A DNA stretch of 64,000 nt, taken from Eledone cirrhosa (Eukaryota). Location: NCBI GenBank assembly GCA_964016885.1, contig OZ024745.1, positions 130,696,001-130,760,000 on the forward strand. The letters are read 5' to 3'. The position numbers were made by a program, and so were the translations under genes. Below, in pieces: positions 14,677 through 29,677 of this stretch. Under the pieces are notes generated by a model. That model ran no database searches. It saw only the letters and a list, made by a program, of their open reading frames with translations, and was not told the DNA's origin. Within the stretch, counting starts at the first letter, position 1. Each line of letters begins with the position of its first letter.

Positions 14677-15288
14677 GTGTGTGTGTGTGTGTGTGCGTGT
14701 GTGACGGGTTAAATGTCTTCGTATTAAAATCATATTTACTTTTATTTTCCTTAAATCAGCTTTGTATTCCACATTACAACTTGAATGAATTATATTTTAC
14801 TGTTTTACTGTTTTATAAAATTAGTGCAAAAATTATATGAGTTTCATTTCTACTTTGAGTTGTTTAGGTCTCGTTTATATTTTCTTCTTTTTTTAATTTA
14901 TTTCCAGAATCAAAATTAGAAAAATTTTCTTCCGATAATTTCAGTCGGACTGAGACACATATTTATATGAGTGTATTCTTATTGTTTTACGATAGCGATA
15001 TTTGTAATAAAAAAAAACAACATTACATTTAATTGCACTTAGTGTTGCAGTCATGTTGACGACATTTAGAAATAAAACTCTAACTTAATGGCGGCTCTCT
15101 CCTGGCTGGCAAATATTGTTGTTAATGATGTAAATTTGCCTCATGTATTCTTCTTTTTCTTACTTAATCATCATTGTATTAATGTGAATACCAGTCAAAT
15201 AATCAGGCTTATTAATGAGACTGTGGACTCACTAAACTGGAGCAATGTGAAATAAAGTGTTTACTTCAAGGACACAACACGCATAGTT

Positions 15289-15438
15289 GGGTATAGTCCA
15301 GCATGGAACTGGAAGACTTATAGGGTATAGTCCTCCGTGGAACTTGAAGATTTATCGGGTATAGTTCTGCACGGAACTGGAAGATTTATAGGGTATAGTT
15401 CAGCACGGAACTGGAAGATCTATAAGCCATAGTCCTCC
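15289..15438. repeat. 34-bp minisatellite, about 4.3 copies
   Basis: Unit GGGTATAGTYCAGCAYGGAACTGGAAGATTTATA repeated with a few substitutions. Confidence 0.85.
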
Positions 15439-15683
15439 TTTTTCCAAGAAACAGAACTGTTGCAAAAATGGTTCAGTTGCAGAAATAATCTACCTTATTA
15501 TGATACAATGATAACTCTGCTCATGAAAACTTGAGCTCAGAAAAGAAGACAGTAAAGGAATAGATAGACTCTTTAAAAAATATATACCATGATTTCCATT
15601 AGGGTATACATATTCAGCTATAAATGAGATCTTAACAAGCTGAAATACTAATGTAAAAATGTCGGTAACAATGAGATTAAAAG

Positions 15684-15877
15684 CAGACCTGCCAACCTCT
15701 AAAATTCCAAACGGGGAGTTCCATTGTTAAAGTGCCCCAAAACTGGGAGAAATGAGGTAAAATGGGGAGATTTTACATAATCAAAGCTATACACATTTTC
15801 ATAAGAGAAGACATTGCTCACCCACAACAAAATGGGTGGGAGATCTCCCCGCCGTACGGAGAGAGTTGACAGGTCTG
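15684..15877. mobile_element. MITE with 13-bp terminal inverted repeats
   Basis: CAGACCTGCCAAC ... GTTGACAGGTCTG (12/13 match). No clear target-site duplication. Confidence 0.6.
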
Positions 15878-16059
15878 CAAAAGGCATTTTTTGTTCCAGA
15901 AATCCCTACTATTTATTATTGATTGGGTCACTCTATGATATATACGTTAAGTAAAACCAAACGAATGAAAATTAATGAAATAATTAGTTCATCTAAAGTT
16001 TAATAACATCAAATAATTTTGTGTACAATGTCCGATTAAATTCAAATCTTGCGGGAGAG

Positions 16060-16262
16060 CCTTCGTTCGGGTCGGACATTGCAGCATAGAGTTACGGCCC
16101 TGCATGATCTGAATTCAATTCCCGCCGAGCTTAACTTTGCCTTTCATATTTACGATAATTTGTACTTTATTTAAAATAAAGTACCAGTCACGCACTGGAG
16201 TCGATTTAATCGAATTTCCCCGCCCTCAAAATTGCAGACATTGTGCCTAGAAAAGAAAACAT
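16060..16262 (+). mobile_element. tRNA-derived SINE family A, diverged
   Basis: B-box-like GAATTCAATTCC, core and tail. Confidence 0.75.
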
Positions 16263-16267
16263 TACCA

Positions 16268-16321
<54 letters not shown>

Positions 16322-16376
16322 CAACCGCAGCAGCAGTAGTAGTAGTAGCAGCAGCAGTAGTAGTATTAGTAGTAGC

Positions 16377-16465
<89 letters not shown>

Positions 16466-17110
16466 CAGCAGCAGTAGCAGAGCAGCAGTAGTAGTAGCAG
16501 TAGCAGAGCAGCAGCAGTAGTAGTAGCAGCAGCAGCAGTAGCCGCAGTAGTAGCAGTAGTGATAAAATGGTGTTGTCTACAAAATGTGGAATGAGGCCAA
16601 TAACCAAGAAGGATAGTAATAAGGGTTTCTGGTAGTCCTTACAGCTGACTGCCGCAGTGAATGAGGAAAAGAAAACTAAAGAAATGAAAGCAGTAACGCA
16701 CTAATCTCTTCTTTTTCTTTATTTTTTCTTTTGATGTTGTGAAATGTCTTGGAGGTTGGTATAGAAATGTGTGAGAGTAAAAGTGGGACTGAAGGAAAAA
16801 ATTTCGCGCGCAACTTGCCGCTTCTATAGAATTAATCAATGTTTTTGGCTCATATATAGATGGAACGACCAATTATGACAAATTCCCAGTTAATGAGGTC
16901 ACTTACCTATTAACCTATTAAGGTTACCCGTTATCTCTTTGAATGTATGTATATGTGCATGTGTATGGAAACTGATGAACATGTGTGTATGAGTGAGTGT
17001 GTGTATGTGTGTGTATGTGTGTATGTATGTATGTGTATGCAGTTCTATGCGCATCAATGTATGTTTGTATGTATGTTTGTGTGAATATATGTATATAGAT
17101 ACGTTGATAT

Positions 17111-17166
<56 letters not shown>

Positions 17167-17169
<3 letters not shown>

Positions 17170-17353
17170 TTAAGTTATTCCAGGTTGAATCGGAGGTAAC
17201 CACAGTAAGTGAGGTACTCAATACATAGCAGAGTATAAACGTTTTAATATAGATGAGATTCTACAGGACTAGAACTGTTTCGTTCTTTAGAAATTATCAG
17301 GAATCATATTCCTTTTGATTTCTAAAGAATGAAACAGTTCTAGTCCTGTAGAA

Positions 17354-17360
<7 letters not shown>
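17167..17360 (-). mobile_element. Fold-back element with degenerate hammerhead and bulged hairpin (same family as 54540-54785)
   Basis: Inverted arms around GGAATCATATTCC. Minus strand reads CTGATAA-TTTCTAAAGAAC-GAAAC, then the tail ACTC-TGC-TAT-GTA-TT-GAGT. Confidence 0.65.
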
Positions 17361-17422
<62 letters not shown>

Positions 17423-17914
17423 AATGTATACGTACGTACATATATGTATACAGACGTACAGTAGTATGTATATATATATACATATATGCACATATATATG
17501 TACGTATGGATTCACCGAACATTTATTATAATGTTCGGTTAGTTTGTAAACAAACATCCCGAATTAAGCCGTACAGTGTTTAGCAACCATCGTTGGTCAT
17601 TTGTTCCACACTGACAAAGGAACGCTGTACTAGTTTCAAGCTTATTAGCTATCGTCAGCAACGTATACCTTCCTGCCAGATGATTGAACGTCTGAAAGTA
17701 TATACTTTCCTTATGCATATTAACGGCTGAGCAGCCTAATTTGCATATCGAGTGAGTTAATCGGCCGGGCGCACCGAAAACGATAAGCGGAGAAAATGAA
17801 ACGAAATTTCATTTCTCACTCTTAGTACGGCTGTTACTTAAATATAAGTATGTATACGTACATACATGTTTGTTTGAGCTCTGCCGTCGGGGTCATACTT
17901 TTTCCTATATATAC

Positions 17915-18195
<281 letters not shown>

Positions 18196-18647
18196 AGTAG
18201 ATGCATACATTATATATACACATATATATATATATATATATATGTGCTTATGTATTCATGTTTGTGAGTGTATATTTAGAGCAGTATATATAGATGGTAC
18301 ATTTTGTCATCGACAAATTTTCATGATTTTCATGGTCGAAATTAGCTCTGACGTAGCTAGACCAGATATTTTACGGTTTGGATACAAAACCAGACAAGTT
18401 TTGAGCTTTGCTATCACTTCACTGGGAATCGATAAAATATATTCAATTAGTTCATAACCTTTCGTTTTGAAAATCAGCATTTTACCTAGTTAAGGACTTA
18501 CTAATGCATATATGAGATGATTTAAATCAAAAATTATAATCAGCATTACAAATAAATTGTGTCTTCTAAAGGCAAGTTTATGGATGGTATAAATTTGTAT
18601 AATATACCAACGTTAACAAATTTATTCTCTAAAACATTTTCTCCCTT

Positions 18648-18752
<105 letters not shown>

Positions 18753-18808
18753 GTTTCTTACTCTCATATATACATCTATACATACGGTAACATCATGTTA
18801 CACTCCCT

Positions 18809-18862
<54 letters not shown>

Positions 18863-19042
18863 GAAGTATTTCCGTCGGAAAGGTGCAAGAAAAAAGAGTG
18901 CTCTGTGTAGGCTTCAGAGCTTATTAGTTATGTAAGACTAAAATCCAAAAGATGGCTCGATAAGGATAAATATATATCAAATATCCCGTTAAGGGTGAAA
19001 GCAGCGATTATTTGCTTAAACTTTAATCTGTTATTTTAATAA

Positions 19043-19090
<48 letters not shown>

Positions 19091-19119
19091 ATGTGTATGT
19101 ATATATATGTATGTATGTG

Positions 19120-19152
<33 letters not shown>

Positions 19153-19316
19153 CTGTGTGTATGTGTACGCACACACATATATAGATATATAGAAAGAAAG
19201 AAAGAAAGAAAGAAAGAGAGCGAGAGAGAGAGGGGGAAAAAGCAAAAGCGTTCATATATCTCTAAAATCCAAATACATATCTAAGGGTATATGTGTATGT
19301 GTGTGTACACACACAC

Positions 19317-19411
<95 letters not shown>

Positions 19412-19421
19412 CATATATATA

Positions 19422-19493
<72 letters not shown>

Positions 19494-19529
19494 CATATAT
19501 ATATATTTATATATATTTATATACATATA

Positions 19530-19755
19530 CAATATTAAATAAATGGAAAACTATATTTATAAAACCATATTTATTTCATTATATATATTTCGGGGATATC
19601 ATATTAACAATATGCTATGCCTTCATCAGACAAAATACAATATAAACAGTTTTATTTAATATTGTAAATATACTCCAAGTATTTGTCGAGTGCTTTTATA
19701 TCAGTTATAAATATTTACTAGTTGTAAACCCAACAATTTTAAATATAACTTTACA
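19530..19755. mobile_element. Inverted hammerhead plus bulged-hairpin element (family also at 36660-36790 and 51093-51290)
   Basis: Minus-strand CTGATGA..GAAATATATATA at about 19572-19637; plus-strand ACTC-CAA-GTAT-TTG-TC-GAGT at 19672-19691. Confidence 0.65.
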
Positions 19756-19842
19756 TATATATACATATATATATATAAGAATATTTTCGAAACAGCAAGT
19801 GGGTTTGAAATTATTAGAAATGTAAGCTATCGCCGTATTTTG

Positions 19843-19889
<47 letters not shown>

Positions 19890-20614
19890 ATATATATATA
19901 TTTATATGTTCATACATGGAGATGTGTATATTTACGTTCATATATGTCCATATATGGAGATATGTATATTTATATTCATATATGTCTATATATGTTCATA
20001 TAAGTAGATATGTATATTTACGTTCATAAATGTTCATATATGGGAATGCGTATATTTATATATAGAAAGAGATACATCTATGTCGTAAGCGCATTGTATT
20101 TGTTCATTATATGCATCTGTACACCACTTTATAATGCATTGCAATCAGTAACACATTATGCTTTGCATTTAACGATGAATTATAATGACGATCGTAGATA
20201 TGTTGGTAATTACCGAACAATTATGACAGTCGTATTCGAAGAAATAAGAGCAATGGAGCAACTCATTTTAGAAATGCTTTTAGTGGAAAGGATAAAAGCT
20301 AGTTTAGGAATTATTCATTGTGATATTAAGACTAGCTTCGGTGTGCAGACATACATTACTATATATGCATACGTATATGTATTTATGGATGGAGGTGTGT
20401 ATGTGTGTGTATGTGTGTGTCTGTATGTGCTTGTTTGTATGTATGCGTCTATATATATATATATATATATATACATAAGCACAGATTTTACATTCACATG
20501 ACAACTTACTTATATTTATATATATATATATATACATATATACATACCTATATATATAGATAGAGAGAGATAGAGGGGGGGGGGCAAATAGAGAAAGAGA
20601 AAAAGAGAGAGCGT

Positions 20615-20709
<95 letters not shown>

Positions 20710-21650
20710 CCTCTCACATATCCAAAAATCTGAATAAATGTGGGAATAAGTAATATGTGGATTGAATTAACAAAATCTTTCCCTTTTGAAAAGTAGATAA
20801 GAAAATTATAAAAGGATGAATAATATAGAAAAATGGAGGCTAAGAATAGTTTCATTTAAGGAATTTTCAATGCAGACCCTCTCAACCATACCACGGCTCC
20901 CAATGCCATCCCTACCACAGTAATCTCCATTATCACCACAATCAACCTGAATGCTATTTCCCTGCTTCGATTTATAAGACGTGCATTAAGACTAGAAAGC
21001 AGAATAGAGAATATTCGTTTAGTATTGCTAAAGTAGCAGAGCGCTTATCTGTCGTTCATTGTATTCTATATAGCTTAATAATTACTAAGGTGAATTTAAT
21101 TAGCCTTGTTTGTTGCATGCTCAATAGTAGACATATTCGACAGGAACACACATATCTATAGTAGTTAGTTAAATAGGCAGGGAGGAAGAGAGCAATGGCG
21201 TATATTTTGAGTGCTGCACATGCATCAACCATGGTGAATTTTCTTTATAATAATTTTGTCCTTGTAATATCATAATATAATTTGGCAGTAATTTGTTTTC
21301 AAATATAATGAAGCTAATACACACTCGGAAACAAAGATTAGTTTTGAGTCAAGAAGAAGTCGTATTATCTATAGAAATAGCTTGAAGTTTGTGCGTTTCT
21401 TTTTTAGTAATATATTTCAGAGTAATACGTTCTTAATGTTAGCGCATCTTGTGGCAACAACACAGGTTTACATGTAGGTATGCATGCATGTATGAATGTA
21501 TGTATGTGTGTATGTATGTATGCATACATGTATGAATGTATGTATGCATGCATGTATGAATGTATGTATGTGTGTATGTATGTATGTATGTATGTATGTA
21601 TGTATGTATGTATGTATGCATGTATGTATGTATGTAGGCATGTTTGTATG

Positions 21651-21727
21651 TTCAGCGCATCGGTAGGGGTTCTCCTACATGGATATAAAGTAGTGGCCGT
21701 ACTCGAAAACGAATTGGCAGCCACCAT
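21651..21727 (+). mobile_element. Extreme 3' end of an RTE-like element with (TATG)n tail
   Basis: Near-identical reverse complement of 46641-46718 and similar to the 3' end at 97-120. Confidence 0.6.
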
Positions 21728-22553
21728 GTATGTATGAATGTATGTTTGTTTGTATGCATCCATGTGTGGATTTGTGTATATACATATTTATGTGTGTATT
21801 CATACATGTAAGTATGATGCATATATGTATGCATGTTTGTATGTATATATATACCTATGTATGCATGTATGTATATATATACCTATGTATGCATGTATGT
21901 ATCATGTATGTATGTATCAGGTATGTATGTATATATCTATGTATGTATGTATCATATATGTATGTATGCATTATGTGTCATATATGTATGTATGTGTCAT
22001 ATATGTATGTATGTATCATATATGTATGTATGTATGTATCATATATGTATATATGTATCATATATATATGTATCATATATATATATGTGTATCAGGTGTG
22101 TATGGATGGATGGATGTATTAGTATGTATGTATGTATTTATGTATGTACCTATGTATGTGTACGTATTCTTGTATGTATGTATATGTATATATGTATTAT
22201 TTATGTATGCATGTATTTATCATGTATGCTTGTATGGATCATGTATATATATGTATGTAAGTATGTATGCATGTACGTATGTATTTATGGTTCTATGTAT
22301 GCATGTATGTATCATTTTTGTAGGTATGTATATATATATATATATATTTTTGTATGTATGCATGTTTGAATGTATTTATGTTTGTATGTATGTATTTATT
22401 TATGTATGTAGGTATGTAGGTATATATGTAGGAAGATATGTATGTCTGCATGTGTAGATATGGATGTTATTGTATGTGTGTGGATGTGGATGTTTTGAGT
22501 TGAATGTGTGCATGTGCATATGCTTTGCATCTGTACATGTGTATATGCAGTTA

Positions 22554-23200
22554 TTAGATGCAACATTTTTGGAATGTTTTACATATTTTTACTCTTCCAT
22601 TAATGGATTGTACTTGTAATTTCCTAACTAGTTGTGTTCTTTCTGTTCCTGTGAAGCCCAGCTTCTCAAGATTTGTATTGAGGCAGTTACTAACATATCC
22701 CAGTGCCCCAATAATCACAGGCATAAATCTGAAGGTGTAATCAGGGTGGAGTATCTGCAGATTTCTCATCAGTTCTGCATAAATATTCTCCTTTTCACTA
22801 ATCTTTGATATTATATTGGCATCTGCTGGGCAGCTAATTTCCACCACTGTGCATGTTTTCTTCTCCCTGTCCCATATCATAATATCTGGTCTGTTATGCC
22901 GGCATTTTATTGGGGTTTTTACTGGAATATTCCACCAGTACTCTTTCATATTATGTACATGGATCTCTTCCACATTGCTGTAGCTTTTAATGTGTTTATT
23001 ACCGGGGCTATCTTTTTTACAAACTGCATTGTACAGTGTTTTGGCCACTACATCATACCTCATAGGTAGATAGTACCGCGATGACATCTTTGGCCAGCTG
23101 CTGATGACATGGGTGATATCCTCGATGTTAGTTCTGCAGAGTCTGCACTTGTTATCACATCTAGGTGTTTGCCTGCATCCCTATCTCTTTTGTGAATCGG
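22554..23200 (-). pseudogene. Fragment of a further RLE-type (R4/Dong-like) retrotransposon
   Basis: CRLCRTNIEDITHVISSW (degenerate CCHC), RPDIMIWD..VEISCP, KENIYAEL, PVIIGALG. Confidence 0.85.
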
Positions 23201-23202
23201 TC

Positions 23203-23290
<88 letters not shown>

Positions 23291-23399
23291 GGGATACTAT
23301 TTATGGTTATGTATATATTAAAACTGTTTATAGTTATGTATATTTTAAACCCTAAACAGTGAAGGTCAGTAATTTATTACTACCTTATTACCAGTAAGA

Positions 23400-24340
23400 T
23401 AAATAGCTCAATGTAATAACATCAGTTGTTCTACAGAGCAGTTATATAGAATTCACAAGAATCAAAGCTATGTTCAAAGCATTTATTCACTTACAATTGT
23501 TTCATCCAAACCTAGGTTTGGAGTCTTCGGTGCATTTTTCAATGTTTGTACACATAATTGATCTCCTTTCCAACGCAAGAGACATACAAATACATATATA
23601 TATATGGAGTAATATACATACTTCCGGGTAATAAACCGCTGTAAATTCTCGCAGCTATTCTATAAACTTGGATTAAATAACACTGAGCCTCAATACGCTA
23701 AAATAATTTATTTTAATGCATCAAACATTCAATACGGAACCATCGTTACTTATGTGATGGATGTAGAAACTATTTCTTACTTTTTCTAAATGTGAAAATG
23801 ATGGTGGATACGAAAACCATAACTTTCTTTTGCTTCTTCTTTTTATTTTTATTTTTATTTTTATTTTTCTGCACACACACTTTTTTGTTCTATACAAAAA
23901 ATACCTTACCACTACAACCACCATAATAATCTTGCTTACTCGCTTAAAGTGCTTGCATTACGTGTAACACCTTGCCACACAATAATAGTATAAAATGAGA
24001 CACACTTGCATGCTCCACGTGTAACTAACGCATACACTACCTACTAGACCTGACTATCAAACTATTCTCTTGCATTATCTGTGTTATCTGCTGAATGTAT
24101 TTTAATTTTGATTTTGATTTTGATTTTGAATTTGAATTGATGTGCAAAAATAGTATAGTATAATATACGCCACTCCACTGTTCATCAATATATATATATG
24201 TATGTGTATGTCTCTTGCGTTGGAAAGGAGGTCAATTATGTGTACAAACATTGAAAAATGCTCCGAAGACTCCAAGCCAAGATTTGGATGAAACAATTGT
24301 AAGTGAATAAATGCTTTGAACATAGCTTTGATTCTTGTGA

Positions 24341-24348
<8 letters not shown>
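23400..24348. mobile_element. About 160-bp inverted repeats (about 23445-23605 and 24188-24348) carrying a hammerhead-like motif
   Basis: The arms are reverse complements. Motif: CCGAAGA-CTCCAAACCTAGGTTTGGAT-GAAA-CAATTG-TA. Tail hairpin GCTC..GAGC at 23406-23439. Confidence 0.7.
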
Positions 24349-24423
<75 letters not shown>

Positions 24424-24510
24424 TTATACTTATATACATATATATTTATATTATATATATATACATATATATAAACATATATATAAATAAATGAATATGT
24501 ATATGTATAA

Positions 24511-24542
<32 letters not shown>

Positions 24543-25119
24543 CCGTCTATATGTATATGTGTGTACGTGTGTGTGTGTGAGTGTGTATTCACGTGTGTTT
24601 TAATAGACGTGTGCACATGACTATATTTAAAGTCAAATTCATTATTCCATTCTAGATTACACATCAAATACATTTTTATTATTCAATTTTTCTATTTCCA
24701 TTAAATAAATATATAACGGCTGTTATTTTTTTTTTTATCTTAAAACGATATAGTCGTATTAAATAAATGAATTATATATCTAAAGCAGTTATATATTTTC
24801 TATTTAATCATACTATTAAAATATCGATTGTTTTATGTTAAACATATATATAATAAAACGAAAAATTGTTTATTGTTTAATGTTTAATTAAATCAATAAT
24901 TAATAACTTTACAGAATTGCTTAGTATGAAAGCTGAGATTTATTTTTTACAAGAATACACGCAAAAGATATTTATCAATAGTTATCTTTTTATACTAGAT
25001 TCAATTCATAATACGATAATTCCGCTTGCTAACAGCAAACTAAAACATTAACTTAAATATTCATTTATTAATATACTAAAGATTATTCAAAGAATACATT
25101 AATATTTTATTGTATTTTT

Positions 25120-25199
25120 ATATATTGTTATTGCCTTGTTTTGTAAACTCCCCCCATTGTATTTGTCCCACTTTTGATGCCCTTGTGGCAAATAAAAGA

Positions 25200-25200
<1 letters not shown>
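25120..25200 (+). mobile_element. 3' end of a Tx1/L1-like element related to 39091-40852
   Basis: TGTAAACTCCCCCCATTGTATTTGTCCC..CCCTTGTGGCAAATAAAAGAA matches the reverse complement of 39091-39150. Confidence 0.65.
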
Positions 25201-25250
<50 letters not shown>

Positions 25251-25258
<8 letters not shown>

Positions 25259-25590
25259 AGATCAAAAGATGGTTAAAGGAGTTCCATGTATTTTATTATG
25301 CGCATTTCAAAAACAAACATCATCATGCAATAATATTTGTGTTTTCATCAGATAAAACAGGAGAACATGATATGAAGGCTAAAAAACACTTGTGGATAGT
25401 GTAGTTTTAAATCAACATATTTTAAATCAACATTGTTTGTTTTTGAAATGCGCATAATAAAATACATGGAACTCCTTTAACCATCTTTTGATCTTATATT
25501 ATGTATACTCCAGTCCTACAAACTGTAGAGTGCTTCTTATCCGATATCTGCATTGCTTTATTGTACTACAATAAAACTCACCTCCTACAT
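25251..25590 (+). mobile_element. Fold-back hammerhead element with bulged-hairpin tail
   Basis: Arms at 25251-25320 and about 25434-25502. Minus-strand hammerhead at 25291-25357; ACTC-CAGT-CCTACAA-ACTG-TA-GAGT at 25507-25531. Confidence 0.75.
25291..25357 (-). ncRNA. Minimal type I hammerhead ribozyme motif
   Basis: UUUUAU-CUGAUGA-(stem II)-GAAA-UGCGCA-UA-AUAAAA: stem I pairs and the stem III segment is palindromic. Confidence 0.65.
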
Positions 25591-25604
25591 ATATATATAT
25601 ATAG

Positions 25605-25988
25605 ATTTTGAGTTTATGTTGGTTGTATACCAACACCTCAGTATGCAGGCTGGAGCACTCGACGAAGTGCGCAGGTTGGTTTGGTTACTCTGGAGTAGTG
25701 TAAAATAAAGTTAAATAAAAGTCAAATGATTAAAATTCAGCTTCGTTTATTACTGCTATATATATTTCAGTGACAGTGACATGACTCCAGTTCCCCAGTG
25801 AATTAACAACCCAGCAAGGAACTGGGCATATCAGAGTATTGACAATATCATACACCTAAACAACATATGTACTTGTCTATACCATACTAATTCAAACTGC
25901 CTGAAGAGGTCACAGCCAAAGATGGCTGTCACTGAAATATATATAGCAGTAATAAACGAAGCTAAATTTTAATCATTTGACTTTTATT

Positions 25989-25993
<5 letters not shown>
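25605..25993 (-). mobile_element. Fold-back hammerhead element with bulged-hairpin tail
   Basis: Arms at about 25709-25777 and 25925-25993. Hammerhead at 25896-25950; tail hairpin at 25657-25696 on the minus strand. Confidence 0.72.
25896..25950 (+). ncRNA. Minimal type I hammerhead ribozyme motif
   Basis: ACUGC-CUGAAGA-GGUCACAGCCA/UGGCUGUCACU-GAAA-UAUAUA-UA-GCAGU. Confidence 0.7.
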
Positions 25994-26061
<68 letters not shown>

Positions 26062-26203
26062 TACATGTATATATATATACATATATATATTTATATGCAA
26101 ATATGCATATATATATATGTGTATATATACACATATATATATATACACACACACATATATATACATATATATACATATATGTACACACACAGATATATAT
26201 ATA

Positions 26204-26241
<38 letters not shown>

Positions 26242-26269
26242 GACATATATATATATATACATATATATA

Positions 26270-26480
26270 ACGGCGATGAATTAGTTTTGCGAGGTTTTTG
26301 ATATGAAATCGTGTGTCGAAACAAATATTGTTATACTTGGGGAGGGTCATATTTGTGTAATATTGCCAGAATTAATAACAGAACACACTCACTGTTTGGT
26401 TGGTTTTCGCTTTTCGCTTCTGTGTCTTTTATATCGGTAATCTAATTTATTCGGTCCTCAATGTTGCCATTGACTGACCA
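26270..26480 (-). mobile_element. Penelope-like terminal (pLTR/tail) fragment
   Basis: ATGACCCTCCCCAAGTATAACAAT.. is homologous to 60312-60393 and encodes [22 protein letters not shown]. Confidence 0.65.
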
Positions 26481-26996
26481 ACGGTCAAAAATAATACAGA
26501 TACAATATAGACACAAACACATATATATAGTTTATCCCCCGTGCGTAATTCTTTTCTTTCGCACGCTTGGCCAGGCCGGTTCGCCTTTTTTCTCTCTCTC
26601 GTCTACGATTTCACAGAACTTATGTTCACCGAATTCACGGACTAGACCCCTTCTTCCTCCCGTTAGACCTGTGCGAAATTCCTTCCTTGCTCACATTTCA
26701 ACAAGGTTTGATGGTCTTTATTCTCTTTCGTTCACGATTTCACCGAACTTATATTCATGGAAATTTAGGACTTGACTCGCTCTTCCTCACTTTTCGTTGC
26801 TTCACCATCTTTGTTTGTCTACACTCTCGCCGTTCCCTTTATTTACGTGTCCCAACGACTTTCTTTAGCCGTTGCACGCACCAACCGGAGGTATATGGTC
26901 TTTAAAGCGAAGAAATACCGATGATGGTTGGAAGATCACTGATGAAGAACCACTTTATTCATATGTAACCCATTTGCAACTCCGCAGCACGTTTAT

Positions 26997-27074
<78 letters not shown>

Positions 27075-27253
27075 GAAAGTATAGAAGTTAATGTGAGCAA
27101 GAAGCCAACAGTATTTCATAATATATAAGTGAATATAACGTCAACATGGAAAAATAATTAACGTAAGATGTGGGAAAATAATTCAAACTCAATTCAAAAA
27201 AATCAAGACAGAGATTTTATCCACAGATTTTGTGAAATATATATATATGTATG

Positions 27254-27570
<317 letters not shown>

Positions 27571-27689
27571 TATATTGCTGAAAAGAAGTAAGTGACATAG
27601 TCACGACTTTAAAACTGATAGCGAATGGTCTTCTAAATGTTTTTGATTAAACATAGTGTGTTGCCAAATATACCATACATACATTACTC

Positions 27690-28230
<541 letters not shown>

Positions 28231-28862
28231 TTAAGAGGTAAACAGAAATAACAACACAATCGGTACAGTGTATGAAAGGAATATATTAAGTTAACGCTTA
28301 AAATAGCAGGAAGAGGGTCTTAACGTTTCGAGCGCTAGTCCTTTATCAGAAGAAAGAATAGTAATTTAGATAAATTGGGGGGACGGGTGGGGGGGAATTA
28401 TAATGTGTGTGTGTGTGCGTGTGTGTACACATTCATATATATATATTATATATATATCAGGAATAAAGCAGTTTTAAACTAGTTAGACTATTATTCAACA
28501 GGCTACTTGATGCTTGGGATAGTAGAGCGCGACTATACCAGATAGAATCGGGGCCCGACGGCTGAGCTCTAGCCTGTTCATGAAGCGGGTGTGTCTCTGT
28601 GTTTGTGTGTGTCTGTGTTCGTGAGTATGTGTGTGTGTGTGTGTGTGTGTAGACAACACAGTACTGGACTCAATACATGATTGTTAGTGTAATATCGTAT
28701 TTTTCTCTGCCCTGAACCTGGATGAAATAAGTTACATATTGAAATAGTTGCACCCACGTAGAGTCACACTTTAGCCAACCTTTACGAGAATATTAACTCC
28801 ATCAATATTATTATCACCTTTTATTTAATTATCCACATCCTATTGTTGTTTATTTTATTATC

Positions 28863-28907
<45 letters not shown>

Positions 28908-28933
28908 TATTATTATTATTATTATTATTACAG

Positions 28934-29623
28934 TTGCATTTATCTTGCTTTATGTTCATACGAGTTATCACCAAGTCACAACCAGTGACCTCAAGAGACA
29001 ACAAGGTCCGCCATGTTCAAGGAAGAACATACATACTCACACATGCATCTTTAGTGTTTAGACTTGTGATGTACTTATATTGACAGAATCTTCCTTAGTA
29101 TATGGGCAGTTCCCATTAGTACTATCTTTTGTATTTCTCCTATACGCGGGTTTCCTGGGATCTGCGATAAGTAATCATTAGACCCCTTAGGTATCATTCC
29201 CAGAGCGCCTACAACCACTGGTATTGTTTTAGTTCTCAATTTCCACATTTTTCCAATTTCTATCTCCAGGTCCTTATACTTGCTCAATTTTTCAAATGTT
29301 TTTATAGATACATTCTTGTCTATTGGAACAGACATATCAATTAGCAGGCATACCCTCTTTTTAAAGTCCTTCAATATTATATCAGGTCTATTTGCATCTA
29401 TTTTTCGGTCTGTTTGGATGTTAAAGTTCCACAAGATTGAGATGTGATCTTTTTCAAGTATGGGAGGTGGTTGATGCTCCCACCAATTCTTTTGATGGGG
29501 CAGGTCAAAATGCTTACACATTATCCAATGTATGTATTGTGCAGCTCTGTCATGCCTGTTTAGGTATTCGGTTGGAGCTATAGGACTGCACATTGAAATT
29601 ATATGGTCAATGGTCTCTGGTTG

Positions 29624-29629
<6 letters not shown>
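28934..29629 (-). mobile_element. R4/Dong array unit D (shortest, most diverged)
   Basis: ORF 29075..29593 encodes the RLE domain (RHD, RPDIILKD..IDMSVP, KLSKYKDL). Flanked by (TAA)n on both sides. Confidence 0.9.

Positions 29630-29677
<48 letters not shown>

Noticed and set aside
15289-15438. CRISPR-like array
   Set aside because: Contiguous 34-bp tandem units with no unique spacers, in a eukaryotic context with no cas genes.
28318-28355. Hammerhead-like CTGATAA..GAAACGTTA on the minus strand (also CAGACGA..GAAAG at about 55608-55636)
   Set aside because: Core mismatches and weak stems; not called as ribozymes.
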